Source: an uncultured Gammaproteobacteria bacterium (GTDB lineage Bacteria; Patescibacteriota; Patescibacteriia; Patescibacteriales; UBA12465). Taken from it: a stretch of DNA of 48,339 nt. A program made the position numbers and the translations under genes. The stretch's first letter is position 1. Each line of letters begins with the position of its first letter. The stretch lies in NCBI GenBank assembly GCA_964355275.1, contig CAYHCB010000007.1, positions 2,759-51,097 on the forward strand, read 5' to 3'. Under the pieces are notes generated by a model. That model was not told where the DNA came from and searched no databases. It saw nothing but the letters and a program-made list of their open reading frames with translations. Shown here piece after piece: positions 24,710-33,648 of this stretch.

Positions 24710-25717
24710 ATGTTTAAATCGCATACGGCTGGTAAATTACCAGTTATCGCTGCAATTATTGGCAACGCAGTCGTTGGCTTAGCTAAGCTGGCTGGTTTTT
24801 TAATGACTGGATCAGGCGCAATGTTTTCTGAATCAATTCATAGTTTAGCGGATACTTTAAATCAATCATTATTACTTATTGGAGTAGAAAGATCACACCG
24901 GCAACCTAATTTAGAGCATCCCTATGGACACGGAAGAGAGCGTTATATTTGGGCCCTTATTTCCGCTTGTGGTATTTTCTTTATTGGTTGTGGAATAACC
25001 GTTTATCATGGTTTTGATGTTTTAATTCATGGAAATGAATTTAAGTTTAATTATTTTGCTATTGTCGTTTTGGTTATTTCTTTTATAATCGAAGGTTTTA
25101 CCTTGTGGCTTGCCTACCGTGAACTTCGTATTCGTTTTCCTAAAGCTAAATGGACAACTATTAATCGTGAAGCTGACCCCACTACTTTAGCAGTGGTTTA
25201 CGAAGATGGCTTAGCGGTTATTGGCGTTCTAATCGCTCTTTCTAGTTTAGCGCTCGCTTATTTTACTGGTCATCCTTATTGGGATGCTATTGGTTCTATT
25301 ATTATTGGTCTTTTACTGGGAGTAGTCGCAATAGTTTTGATTAACAAAAATAGACATTATTTAATTACTAAAGCTATTCCTTCTTCTATGGTAGAAGAAG
25401 TAAAAGATATATTAATGTCTGACCCAAGTATTGAAAAAATTTATGATTTTAAATCAGCCATTTTTGATGCTGATAAATATTTAATAAAATGTGACGTTGA
25501 ATTTAATGCCTCAGCATTAATGAAGGAACTTAATAAATATCACTTTTTGTCTAATGAATATGAGGAGGTTCAAGGTAATAAAGAAGAGTTTAATAAATTT
25601 TGTGTTGAATATTTAGACCGGGTGCCACGCTTGGTTGGTAAGAAAATTGATGAAATTGAAAAAAAGATAAAAGAACGTTTTCCGCAGATAGTTTTTATTG
25701 ATATCGAAATAAATTGA
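24710..25717 (+). CDS. Cation diffusion facilitator transporter (ZnT9-like)
   Basis: SESIHSLAD, HPYGHGR, ED in TM5, WDAIGSIIIG, C-terminal IDIE. Confidence 0.9.
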   Translation: MFKSHTAGKLPVIAAIIGNAVVGLAKLAGFLMTGSGAMFSESIHSLADTLNQSLLLIGVERSHRQPNLEHPYGHGRERYIWALISACGIFFIGCGITVYHGFDVLIHGNEFKFNYFAIVVLVISFIIEGFTLWLAYRELRIRFPKAKWTTINREADPTTLAVVYEDGLAVIGVLIALSSLALAYFTGHPYWDAIGSIIIGLLLGVVAIVLINKNRHYLITKAIPSSMVEEVKDILMSDPSIEKIYDFKSAIFDADKYLIKCDVEFNASALMKELNKYHFLSNEYEEVQGNKEEFNKFCVEYLDRVPRLVGKKIDEIEKKIKERFPQIVFIDIEIN

Positions 25718-25738
25718 TTTTTTGCTATAATACATAAT

Positions 25739-28312
25739 ATGAGTAAAAAGAAAAAAGATAACAACTTAGATTATTTATCTGTTCCTAAATTAAATTTAGA
25801 TGAAAGAGCCAAACATAGCCTCGGAATTGTGGCGGTACTTGCTTTTGGTTTAATCAGTCTACTTGGTCTTTTCAATCTATCTGGAGTAGTAGGAACATTC
25901 TTATCTAAATGGCTAACTTTAATTTTTGGTTTTGGAAAATGGCTCGTGCCTTTGATATTTTTATTTTGGGGGCTACTTCTAGTACAGAATAAAAAATATG
26001 CTATCAAGTTTAGTGATTATTTAGGCTTAGCTTTATTATTTATATCTTATCAAACATTATTTCATTTTTTTATTTCTCGAGCCGAATGGAAAGATACTGT
26101 TTTAATCGGTGTTGGCGGGGGCTATATTGGTTTATGGCTTAGCCAAATGTTTAACTATTTGTTTGGTTTTTGGGGTGGCGTTATAATTCTACTTTGTCTT
26201 TTTTTAGTATCACTGGTAATTGTTTTCAACACCTCTCTTTCAAAAATAATTGGTCAAGAAAGTTTTTTAGCTATTATTTTTAGACCCTTTTCTAAACTTT
26301 TTAGTATTGCTTTTTCGTCTACTGGAAAGTCAGTAGAAAATAGTAATCGCCATCAAGCTAAAGAATTTATTGATGAGGCTCGTGAAGAAATACTTGGCTC
26401 TTGGACTAAAAAAGAAGTGAACCCTATTCTTTCAGAAGATTCAATTAATTCAAGTAATGTTATTGAAGAGCCGACAGCCGCTGTTTTAAAACAGAATAGC
26501 CAAAAAGTTCAAGAAAAAATTAATTGGCCAAAAAGACAAATTAAAATTGATATTCCTGTTGAACTTTTAAATCATAAAGTTGGTCTAGCTGTCGGCGGCG
26601 ACACGTCTGCCAGTGCACTTCGCATTAAAAAAACTTTAGAAAATTTTGGGATTCCTGTTGAAATGGGAGAAACTAAAGTTGGTCCAACCGTTACTCAATA
26701 CACTTTTAAACCTGCTGAAGGTGTTAAGCTCTCTAAAATCACTACTCTTAGTAATGATTTATCCCTTGCTTTAGCAGCCCATCCAATCAGAATTGAAGCC
26801 CCAATTCCTGGTAAGTCTTTAGTTGGCATTGAAGTTCCTAATAAAATTAAAGCTATTGTGGGCTTACGAGAAATTTTAGAAGATAATGTTTTTAAGAATC
26901 GCAAACACAATTTAATGATTGCTCTAGGTAAAGATGTGTCTGGCACATCTTGGATTTATGATATTACTAAGATGCCTCATTTATTAGTTGCTGGTGCAAC
27001 TAATTCCGGAAAGTCTGTTTGTTTAAATACTATTATTATTAGTTTATTGTATCAAAATAATCCAGAAGATTTACGCTTTATAATGGTTGATCCTAAACGA
27101 GTAGAACTACCGGCTTATAACGGCATTCCTCATTTACTGGTTCCTGTTATTACTGATGTTTCTAAAACAATAAACGCTCTCAAGTGGTGTTTAAATGAAA
27201 TGAATAGTCGTTATGATATTTTAAATAAAAGTGGCAAGAAAAATATTCAAAGTTATAATGCTGAGGGTAAGGATAAATTACCTTATATAATTTTTGTCAT
27301 TGATGAATTAGCTGATTTTATGATGACGGCCGGCAAAGAAATGGAGGCCGCAATTATTCGTTTAGCACAAATGTCTCGTGCGGTCGGTATTCATTTAATA
27401 CTGGCCACCCAACGTCCTAGTGTTGATGTTATAACTGGCCTTATTAAGGCGAACATCCCCGCTCGTATTGCCTTTTCAGTAACTTCAATGGTTGATTCTA
27501 AAACTATTTTAGATATGAGTGGCGCAGAAAAACTACTTGGTCAAGGTGATATGTTACTATCTACAGCTGAGCTTTCTAAGCCAAAAAGAATTCAAGGGGC
27601 TTATGTTAGTGACGAAGAAATAAATGATGTGATAAATTATATAAAAGAAAAAAGTGGTGAACCGGAATATTTAGACGGGGTAACTGAACGTCAAAAAGTT
27701 GGTGGTGTTGCTGGTGTTGGAATGGACGGTAATCACGGTGATGAGGACGAATTAATGGAACAAGCTAAAGATATAATTATTGCCGCTGGTCGCGCCTCCA
27801 CTTCTTTATTGCAACGTCGTTTATCTATTGGTTATGGACGAGCTGCCAAAATTTTAGATATGCTTGAGGACGCTGGTTTTATTGGCCCCTCTAATGGTTC
27901 GAAGCCTCGTGAAGTTTTTGTCTCCAAAGAACAACATGAAAATAGTGGCGCTATTTCGGCTATGCCAGTTCATAGTCGCAGTGGTTCAGCGGCGCCAGAT
28001 TCATATTTAGAAGAAGGTAATGATGACACCTTACATTTTAGCGACAGTAAAGATGAGATAGAAGCGGAAGAGGAAGAAGTTGAAGAAGAGGAGGAAGAAG
28101 TAGAAGAAATTGTTAACGAAGATACTCCCGATTTTTTATTAGATGATGACGGTCCAGAAGATGAGGTGGCCACTGAGGATATAATACTGGAAAATATTAA
28201 AGAAGATTTAGATGAGTTAGAAGAATCTTCGGTAAGTGCTCTAACTGAAGAAGATAAACCTAAAAAACCACGACCAATTAATGAAGATGATGATATGTTT
28301 TTTGCTCGTTAG
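25739..28312 (+). CDS. ftsK: DNA translocase FtsK/SpoIIIE with a long acidic C-terminal tail
   Basis: N-terminal TM region, PHLLVAGATNSGKS, IDELAD, ATQRPSVDV, gamma domain STSLLQRRLSIGYGRAA. Confidence 0.96.
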   Translation: MSKKKKDNNLDYLSVPKLNLDERAKHSLGIVAVLAFGLISLLGLFNLSGVVGTFLSKWLTLIFGFGKWLVPLIFLFWGLLLVQNKKYAIKFSDYLGLALLFISYQTLFHFFISRAEWKDTVLIGVGGGYIGLWLSQMFNYLFGFWGGVIILLCLFLVSLVIVFNTSLSKIIGQESFLAIIFRPFSKLFSIAFSSTGKSVENSNRHQAKEFIDEAREEILGSWTKKEVNPILSEDSINSSNVIEEPTAAVLKQNSQKVQEKINWPKRQIKIDIPVELLNHKVGLAVGGDTSASALRIKKTLENFGIPVEMGETKVGPTVTQYTFKPAEGVKLSKITTLSNDLSLALAAHPIRIEAPIPGKSLVGIEVPNKIKAIVGLREILEDNVFKNRKHNLMIALGKDVSGTSWIYDITKMPHLLVAGATNSGKSVCLNTIIISLLYQNNPEDLRFIMVDPKRVELPAYNGIPHLLVPVITDVSKTINALKWCLNEMNSRYDILNKSGKKNIQSYNAEGKDKLPYIIFVIDELADFMMTAGKEMEAAIIRLAQMSRAVGIHLILATQRPSVDVITGLIKANIPARIAFSVTSMVDSKTILDMSGAEKLLGQGDMLLSTAELSKPKRIQGAYVSDEEINDVINYIKEKSGEPEYLDGVTERQKVGGVAGVGMDGNHGDEDELMEQAKDIIIAAGRASTSLLQRRLSIGYGRAAKILDMLEDAGFIGPSNGSKPREVFVSKEQHENSGAISAMPVHSRSGSAAPDSYLEEGNDDTLHFSDSKDEIEAEEEEVEEEEEEVEEIVNEDTPDFLLDDDGPEDEVATEDIILENIKEDLDELEESSVSALTEEDKPKKPRPINEDDDMFFAR
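28061..28110 (+). repeat. Low-complexity GAA/GAG-rich tract encoding EAEEEEVEEEEEEVEE
   Basis: Visible purine-rich codon repeat in the ftsK tail. Confidence 0.7.
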
Positions 28313-28342
28313 TTATTTTTAAATAGATTTATATAGAAAATT

Positions 28343-28369
28343 AAAACTCAGACCAAAATCTGAGTTTTT
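28343..28369 (+). terminator. Intrinsic terminator after ftsK
   Basis: AAAACTCAGA-loop-TCTGAGTTTTT. Confidence 0.8.
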
Positions 28370-28460
28370 GTTTGTTAAAGTGTTTTTCCTTATCCTTTAG
28401 CGAAAAATTTCCTTAATTTCGGTATTCCTAAAAACACTGCTATAATTATTTTATAAATAT

Positions 28461-29897
28461 ATGATTTCATTTATAAAAAAGTTAATTCCGAAAGAGCTAT
28501 TTAAAAAAATTAGACCAATTTATCACTACGTAGTAGCAGCGCTGGCTGCTTTTTGGTATCGCTATCCTAGTAAAAAGTTAATAGTAATTGGTGTAACTGG
28601 AACAACCGGCAAAACTTCCTCTGTTTATTTTATTGCTAAAGTTTTAGAATCGGCTGGTTATAACGTTGGCTATACTTCGACAGCAATGTTTGATGACGGT
28701 AAGCGCGAGTGGTTAAATGACAAGAAAATGACGATGCCTGGTCGTTTTTTTGTGCAGAAAATTTTACGTCGCATGGTTAAAAATCGTTGCCAATATGCCA
28801 TCGTGGAAACTACTTCTGAAGGGATTGTTCAATTTCGTCATAAATTTATAAATTATGATATTTTAGTTTTTACCGGTTTATATCCTGAACATTTAGAAAG
28901 TCACGGTGGTTTTGAGAAATATAAACAAGCCAAAGGTCTTTTATTTGCTCACTTAAAAAGTTGTTCCGCTAAATATGTAAATGATCAAAAAGTAGTTTGT
29001 CATCCACAGACAGCGCTTAAAAAGTTAGATTATACTAGAGTTAAAAAAATAGTAGTCATAAATGGTGATGACGAAAATTCTCCATATTTTTTAAGTTTTT
29101 GGAGTGAAGAGCAATTAATCTATACAACTAATACTGGGTTTAATAGTAACGTTTTCATGGAAAACGGTGGAGAAGATAAAATCTTAAAAGATAGTCATGT
29201 TTATAATTTTAGCGAAGTAATGGCTTCTGCCTCGGGAACTTCATTTAAATTTCAGGATCAGATAATAAATTTAAAACTTCTTGGCGATTTCAATGCTATT
29301 AATGCTATGAACGCCGCCTTAGTTGGACTGAGCCAAGGCCTGTCTTTAGATCGAGTAAAAACAGGTTTAGAAAGTGTAACTTGTTTATCTGGAAAAATGG
29401 AAAGAATAGACTTGGGCCAAGAGTTTCAAATAATCGTTGATTATTCTTTTGAACCAAGAGCGATGAAAAAAATGTATGAGACCGTTCAACTAATTCCTCA
29501 TAATAAAATTATTCATTTACTAGGTTCTTGTGGCGGCGGAAGAGACCACGACAGGCGACCTATTTTAGGAGAACTTGCCGGAGAAAAGGCTGATTATGTA
29601 ATTATTACTAATGAGGATCCCTATGACGAGGATCCGCAACTCATTATTGACCAAGTGGCCGCTGGCGCTAGCGTAGCCGGCAAGAAGTTAAATAATAATT
29701 TATTTGAAATATCTGATAGGCGGGAAGCAATTGCTAAGGCGCTAAGTTTAGCTGAAGTTGGCGATTTAGTTTTAATTACAGGAAAAGGAGCGGAACAATA
29801 CATCTGTTTAGCTAATGGTAAAAAAGTCCCTTGGGATGACAGGCGTGTTGTTAGAGAAGAACTAGCTAAAATAAAAGAAACAGAATCTGTATTATAG
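28461..29897 (+). CDS. murE: UDP-MurNAc-tripeptide synthetase (MurE family)
   Basis: IGVTGTTGKT, ETTSEG, EHLESHG, GGGRD, TGKGAE, WDDR. Confidence 0.88.
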   Translation: MISFIKKLIPKELFKKIRPIYHYVVAALAAFWYRYPSKKLIVIGVTGTTGKTSSVYFIAKVLESAGYNVGYTSTAMFDDGKREWLNDKKMTMPGRFFVQKILRRMVKNRCQYAIVETTSEGIVQFRHKFINYDILVFTGLYPEHLESHGGFEKYKQAKGLLFAHLKSCSAKYVNDQKVVCHPQTALKKLDYTRVKKIVVINGDDENSPYFLSFWSEEQLIYTTNTGFNSNVFMENGGEDKILKDSHVYNFSEVMASASGTSFKFQDQIINLKLLGDFNAINAMNAALVGLSQGLSLDRVKTGLESVTCLSGKMERIDLGQEFQIIVDYSFEPRAMKKMYETVQLIPHNKIIHLLGSCGGGRDHDRRPILGELAGEKADYVIITNEDPYDEDPQLIIDQVAAGASVAGKKLNNNLFEISDRREAIAKALSLAEVGDLVLITGKGAEQYICLANGKKVPWDDRRVVREELAKIKETESVL

Positions 29898-29911
29898 AGT
29901 TATTAGATAAC

Positions 29912-29920
29912 TGTGGATAA
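29912..29920 (-). promoter_or_regulatory. Perfect DnaA-box 9-mer (TTATCCACA)
   Basis: TGTGGATAA on the plus strand, 30 bp upstream of the rpoB -35. Confidence 0.5.
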
Positions 29921-29949
29921 GTTGTGATCAACAACACATTTTAACGCGG

Positions 29950-29978
29950 TTGACAAAAGAAAACTTCTGTAATATAAT
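29950..29978 (+). promoter_or_regulatory. Consensus sigma70 promoter for rpoBC
   Basis: TTGACA (29950-29955), 17 bp, TATAAT (29973-29978): perfect consensus. Confidence 0.9.
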
Positions 29979-30166
29979 AAAGGATACAATTTAAAGATTA
30001 CAAAATACTAGATATAATACTAGATACAAACGGGAGAAAAGGTGTAAAAACAAAAAATACCAAATCCGTTTTTTTTGTTGTTTATACTGAAAAAATAGTT
30101 AATTCAATAACTTTTTTGTACCAGTGATTTACTCCTTTGCAAGTTAATTGAATAGCGTCTTATAAG

Positions 30167-30195
30167 CTTAAATCCTTGGGGTTTAGGGTTTTTTT
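30167..30195 (+). terminator. Terminator-like hairpin in the rpoB leader (possible attenuator)
   Basis: CTTAAATCC-TTG-GGGTTTAGG then G and T7, ending ~28 nt before the rpoB ATG. Confidence 0.5.
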
Positions 30196-30222
30196 GTTAA
30201 ATAAAATTTATTTGGAAATATT

Positions 30223-33200
30223 ATGCCTAAGACACACACTGTTGACAAAAAAATTGTTGCGCGTAAATTTTTTAAAGACCATCAAGAAGTCATGCCTATG
30301 CCTGAACTTATTGAGATCCAAAAGGATTCTTATAAGTGGTTTTTAGATGAAGGTTTAGCGGAACTTTTTGACGAAATAAATCCGATTACCGATTTTATCG
30401 GTCGTGATTTAGAACTTTATTTTGAGGATTATTATTTAGATGAACCAAAATTTAGTGAAACCGAAAGTCGTGCTAAGAATATTACTTATGAGGCCCCACT
30501 TCGTGTAAAAACTAGATTACTTAATAAAAAAACCGGTCAATCAGTCAATCAAGAAGTTTATCTTGGTGATTTTCCGGTAATGACCGATAAAGGTACTTTT
30601 ATTGTTAACGGCATCGAACGTGTCGTTGTGTCTCAACTTATTCGTTCCGCTGGTGTAATGTTTACTGCGGAATTTACTAAAGGAAAGAAGTGTTACGGTG
30701 CTAAAATTATTCCTAATCGTGGTGCTTGGTTAGAAATTGAAACTGATTCTAATAAAGTAATTTGGGTACGTATTGATCGAAAAAGAAAAGTGGCAATCAC
30801 TTCTTTACTTCGAGCTTTTGGCTATGAAACAGATGAGGAAATAATTAATCTTTTTAAAGATATAGATTTGGTTAAAAATCCAGAAGAAAAAACTTTTATT
30901 GAAGCTACTATTGAAAAAGATGCTGCTAAAACTGAAGCTGAAGGTTTACAAGAAGTTTATCGTCGTATCCGTCCAGGGGATTTAGCCTCGGTTGAAAATG
31001 CTCGTCAACTTATTCATTCCATGTTTTTTCGTTTTGACCGTTATGATTTTGGTCGTGTCGGTCGTTATAAATTAAATCGTCGCTTTAGTTTAGACTTAGC
31101 TAACAAGAAAGAAAATAGAGTTTTACGAAAAGAAGATTTATTTTTAATTATTCGTGAAGTTATTCGTTTAAATATCACTAAGGAACCAGAAGATGATATT
31201 GATCACTTAGGTAATCGTCGTGTTAGAGCGATTGGTGGTTTAATCCAAACTCGTTTTAGAGTCGGTTTATCTCGTATGGAGCGTATTATTAAGGATAGAA
31301 TGTCTACTACTGAAATTACGACCTTAACCTCCACTAAATTAATTAATGCTCGTCCAGTGATTGGGGTAATAAAAGAATTCTTTATGTCTTCTCAGTTATC
31401 TCAGTTTATGGATCAAACCAATCCACTAGCCGAACTTGAACATAAACGAAGACTTTCAGCCATGGGTCCTGGTGGATTAACGAGAGAACGAGCTGGTTTT
31501 GATGTTCGTGATGTGCACTCTACTCATTATGGACGTATTTGTCCGATTGCGACTCCGGAAGGTCCAAATATTGGTTTAGTTGGCCATTTAGCTACTTTTG
31601 CTAAATTAAATAGTTATGGTTTTTTAGAAACGCCATATCGAAAAGTAATTCACTCTAAAACTGGTAGTCATGTAACTTCCGATATTGTTTATATTGATGC
31701 TTTTGAAGAAGAGAAATTTACAACCGCCGATTCTACTATTCCAACTGATGAAAACGGTTTAATTTTAGTACATAAATTTGAGGTTAGAAAACACGGTCAG
31801 CCAAGCGTTGAAGAAACCGGTAAAATTGATTTTGTTGGTGTTGCCGCTAATCAGATTATTTCTGTGGCTACCTCTTTGATTCCTTTCATGGAACACAATG
31901 ATGGACAGCGCTCACTGATGGGTACAAACATGCAACGTCAAGCAGTTCCACTTATTACTAGTGAGTCTCCTATCGTTGGCACTGGAGTTGAGGCTCGAGC
32001 CGCACGTGACAGTGGACATGTTATTATTTCCACTGAAGATGGATTAGTCACTAGAGCTGATGGTTTAGAAATTGATATTGAAAATAAAAAAGGGCAAGTA
32101 ACTAAATATCCACTTAATAAATTTTTACGTTCCAATTCTTCAACTTGTATCAATCAACATCCGATTGTAAATATAGGTGAAAAAGTTTCTGCTGGCCAAA
32201 TTATGTCAGACGGCCCAGCCATTGATAATGGAGAATTATCTTTAGGTCGCAATGTTTTAGTAGCTTTTATGACCTGGGAAGGGTTTAACTATGAAGATGC
32301 GGTTATTATTTCTGAACGATTAGTTAGAGAAGATGTTTTTTCTTCCATTCATATTGAAAATTATACAATTGATGTTCGTGACACTAAACTTGGTTCAGAA
32401 GTTATAACTAATGATATTCCAAATATTAGTGAAGAGAAATTAAATAATTTAGATGAAGACGGCATCATTCGTATTGGGGCTGAAGTTTCCAGTGGTGATA
32501 TCTTGGTTGGTAAAATTACTCCAAAAGGAGAAACTACTTTATCGGCTGAAGAAAAACTATTGCGAGCTATTTTTGGTGAAAAAGCTAAGGATGTTCGTGA
32601 TTCTTCGCTTTATTTAGAACACGGGGAACACGGAAAAGTTGTTGATGTTAAAGTTTTTTCTCGAGAAGAAGGCGACAAGTTGTCCGCTGGAGTTTTAAAA
32701 TCCATTCAAGTTTCGGTGGCTAATTTACGAAAGATTCAGGTCGGTGACAAAATGTCTGGTCGTCATGGTAACAAAGGAGTTATTTCTAAAGTTGTCCCTG
32801 ATGAAGATATGCCTTATATGGAAGACGGAACACCAATTGATATTATTTTATCACCACTTGGTATTATCTCTCGTATGAACTTAGGTCAGTTACTTGAAAC
32901 TCATTTAGGTTTTGCGGCTCATAAACTTGGTTATAAAGTAGCCACCCCAGCCTTAAATGGTGTTTCTGAGGAACAAATTAAAGAAGAATTACGTCGCGCC
33001 GGTTTACCAGAAGATGGTAAAGTTACTCTTTATGATGGAAAAACTGGTGTTGCTTATGATCATACTATTACTGTTGGTTATAAATATGTTTTGAAATTAA
33101 ATCACATGGTTGAGGATAAGATCCATCAACGTTCTATTGGTCCATACTCACTTATAACTCAGCAACCTTTAGGTGGTAAAGCTCAGTTTGGTGGACAGCG

Positions 33201-33597
33201 TTTTGGTGAAATGGAAGTATGGGCGCTGGAAGGTTACGGTGCAGCGCATACTTTACAAGAAATGTTGACCATTAAATCTGATGACGTTCCTGGTCGCAGT
33301 AAGGCTTATGAAAGTATTATAAAAGGTGAACCAATTGAAAAATTGAATGTTCCAGAATCTTTTAATGTTTTAATTAGAGAACTTAAAGGCTTAGGTTTAA
33401 ATGTTGAATTACTCAGTAAAGGCGGCGTGGCTGCTAATGAGGTTATTTCTTCAGAAGACGAACTTATTGCTGAGGCTGATGCTAAAGCTTTAGCTAAGGG
33501 CGACAAGAAGGAAGATAATTATGAGCTAGAAATGCCAGAGATTATTCCTGAAATTGGTCATGATGAAGAAGTGGTGGAGAAGGTTGATGAGGAATAA
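30223..33597 (+). CDS. rpoB: RNA polymerase beta subunit
   Basis: SQLSQFMDQ, TPEGPNIG, GDKMSGRHGNKG, GGQRFGEME; acidic C-terminal tail. Confidence 0.99.
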   Translation: MPKTHTVDKKIVARKFFKDHQEVMPMPELIEIQKDSYKWFLDEGLAELFDEINPITDFIGRDLELYFEDYYLDEPKFSETESRAKNITYEAPLRVKTRLLNKKTGQSVNQEVYLGDFPVMTDKGTFIVNGIERVVVSQLIRSAGVMFTAEFTKGKKCYGAKIIPNRGAWLEIETDSNKVIWVRIDRKRKVAITSLLRAFGYETDEEIINLFKDIDLVKNPEEKTFIEATIEKDAAKTEAEGLQEVYRRIRPGDLASVENARQLIHSMFFRFDRYDFGRVGRYKLNRRFSLDLANKKENRVLRKEDLFLIIREVIRLNITKEPEDDIDHLGNRRVRAIGGLIQTRFRVGLSRMERIIKDRMSTTEITTLTSTKLINARPVIGVIKEFFMSSQLSQFMDQTNPLAELEHKRRLSAMGPGGLTRERAGFDVRDVHSTHYGRICPIATPEGPNIGLVGHLATFAKLNSYGFLETPYRKVIHSKTGSHVTSDIVYIDAFEEEKFTTADSTIPTDENGLILVHKFEVRKHGQPSVEETGKIDFVGVAANQIISVATSLIPFMEHNDGQRSLMGTNMQRQAVPLITSESPIVGTGVEARAARDSGHVIISTEDGLVTRADGLEIDIENKKGQVTKYPLNKFLRSNSSTCINQHPIVNIGEKVSAGQIMSDGPAIDNGELSLGRNVLVAFMTWEGFNYEDAVIISERLVREDVFSSIHIENYTIDVRDTKLGSEVITNDIPNISEEKLNNLDEDGIIRIGAEVSSGDILVGKITPKGETTLSAEEKLLRAIFGEKAKDVRDSSLYLEHGEHGKVVDVKVFSREEGDKLSAGVLKSIQVSVANLRKIQVGDKMSGRHGNKGVISKVVPDEDMPYMEDGTPIDIILSPLGIISRMNLGQLLETHLGFAAHKLGYKVATPALNGVSEEQIKEELRRAGLPEDGKVTLYDGKTGVAYDHTITVGYKYVLKLNHMVEDKIHQRSIGPYSLITQQPLGGKAQFGGQRFGEMEVWALEGYGAAHTLQEMLTIKSDDVPGRSKAYESIIKGEPIEKLNVPESFNVLIRELKGLGLNVELLSKGGVAANEVISSEDELIAEADAKALAKGDKKEDNYELEMPEIIPEIGHDEEVVEKVDEE

Positions 33598-33648
33598 ATA
33601 ATTCAAGTTTGAGCTAAAATAAAAAATTCGAATTAAAATTGTGAATAT

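Noticed and set aside
28379-28438. AGTGTTTTT/AAAAACACT inverted repeat and a TTCCTAAAAACA 12-mer shared with the rny upstream element
   Set aside because: Short and AT-rich with only one extra copy; not enough to call a MITE or a shared operator.
30004-30026. Tandem 11-bp repeat as CRISPR or iteron
   Set aside because: Only two adjacent copies, no spacers, no cas or rep genes.
29900-30030. Possible replication origin (DnaA box plus AT-rich repeats)
   Set aside because: Only one perfect box, no dnaA or dnaN nearby, and the region is explained by the rpoB promoter and leader.
31381-31480. Possible rifampicin-resistance changes in RpoB cluster I (NPLAELEHKRRLSA)
   Set aside because: Key Q, D, H, R and S positions are wild type, and NPLA also occurs in sensitive Firmicutes.
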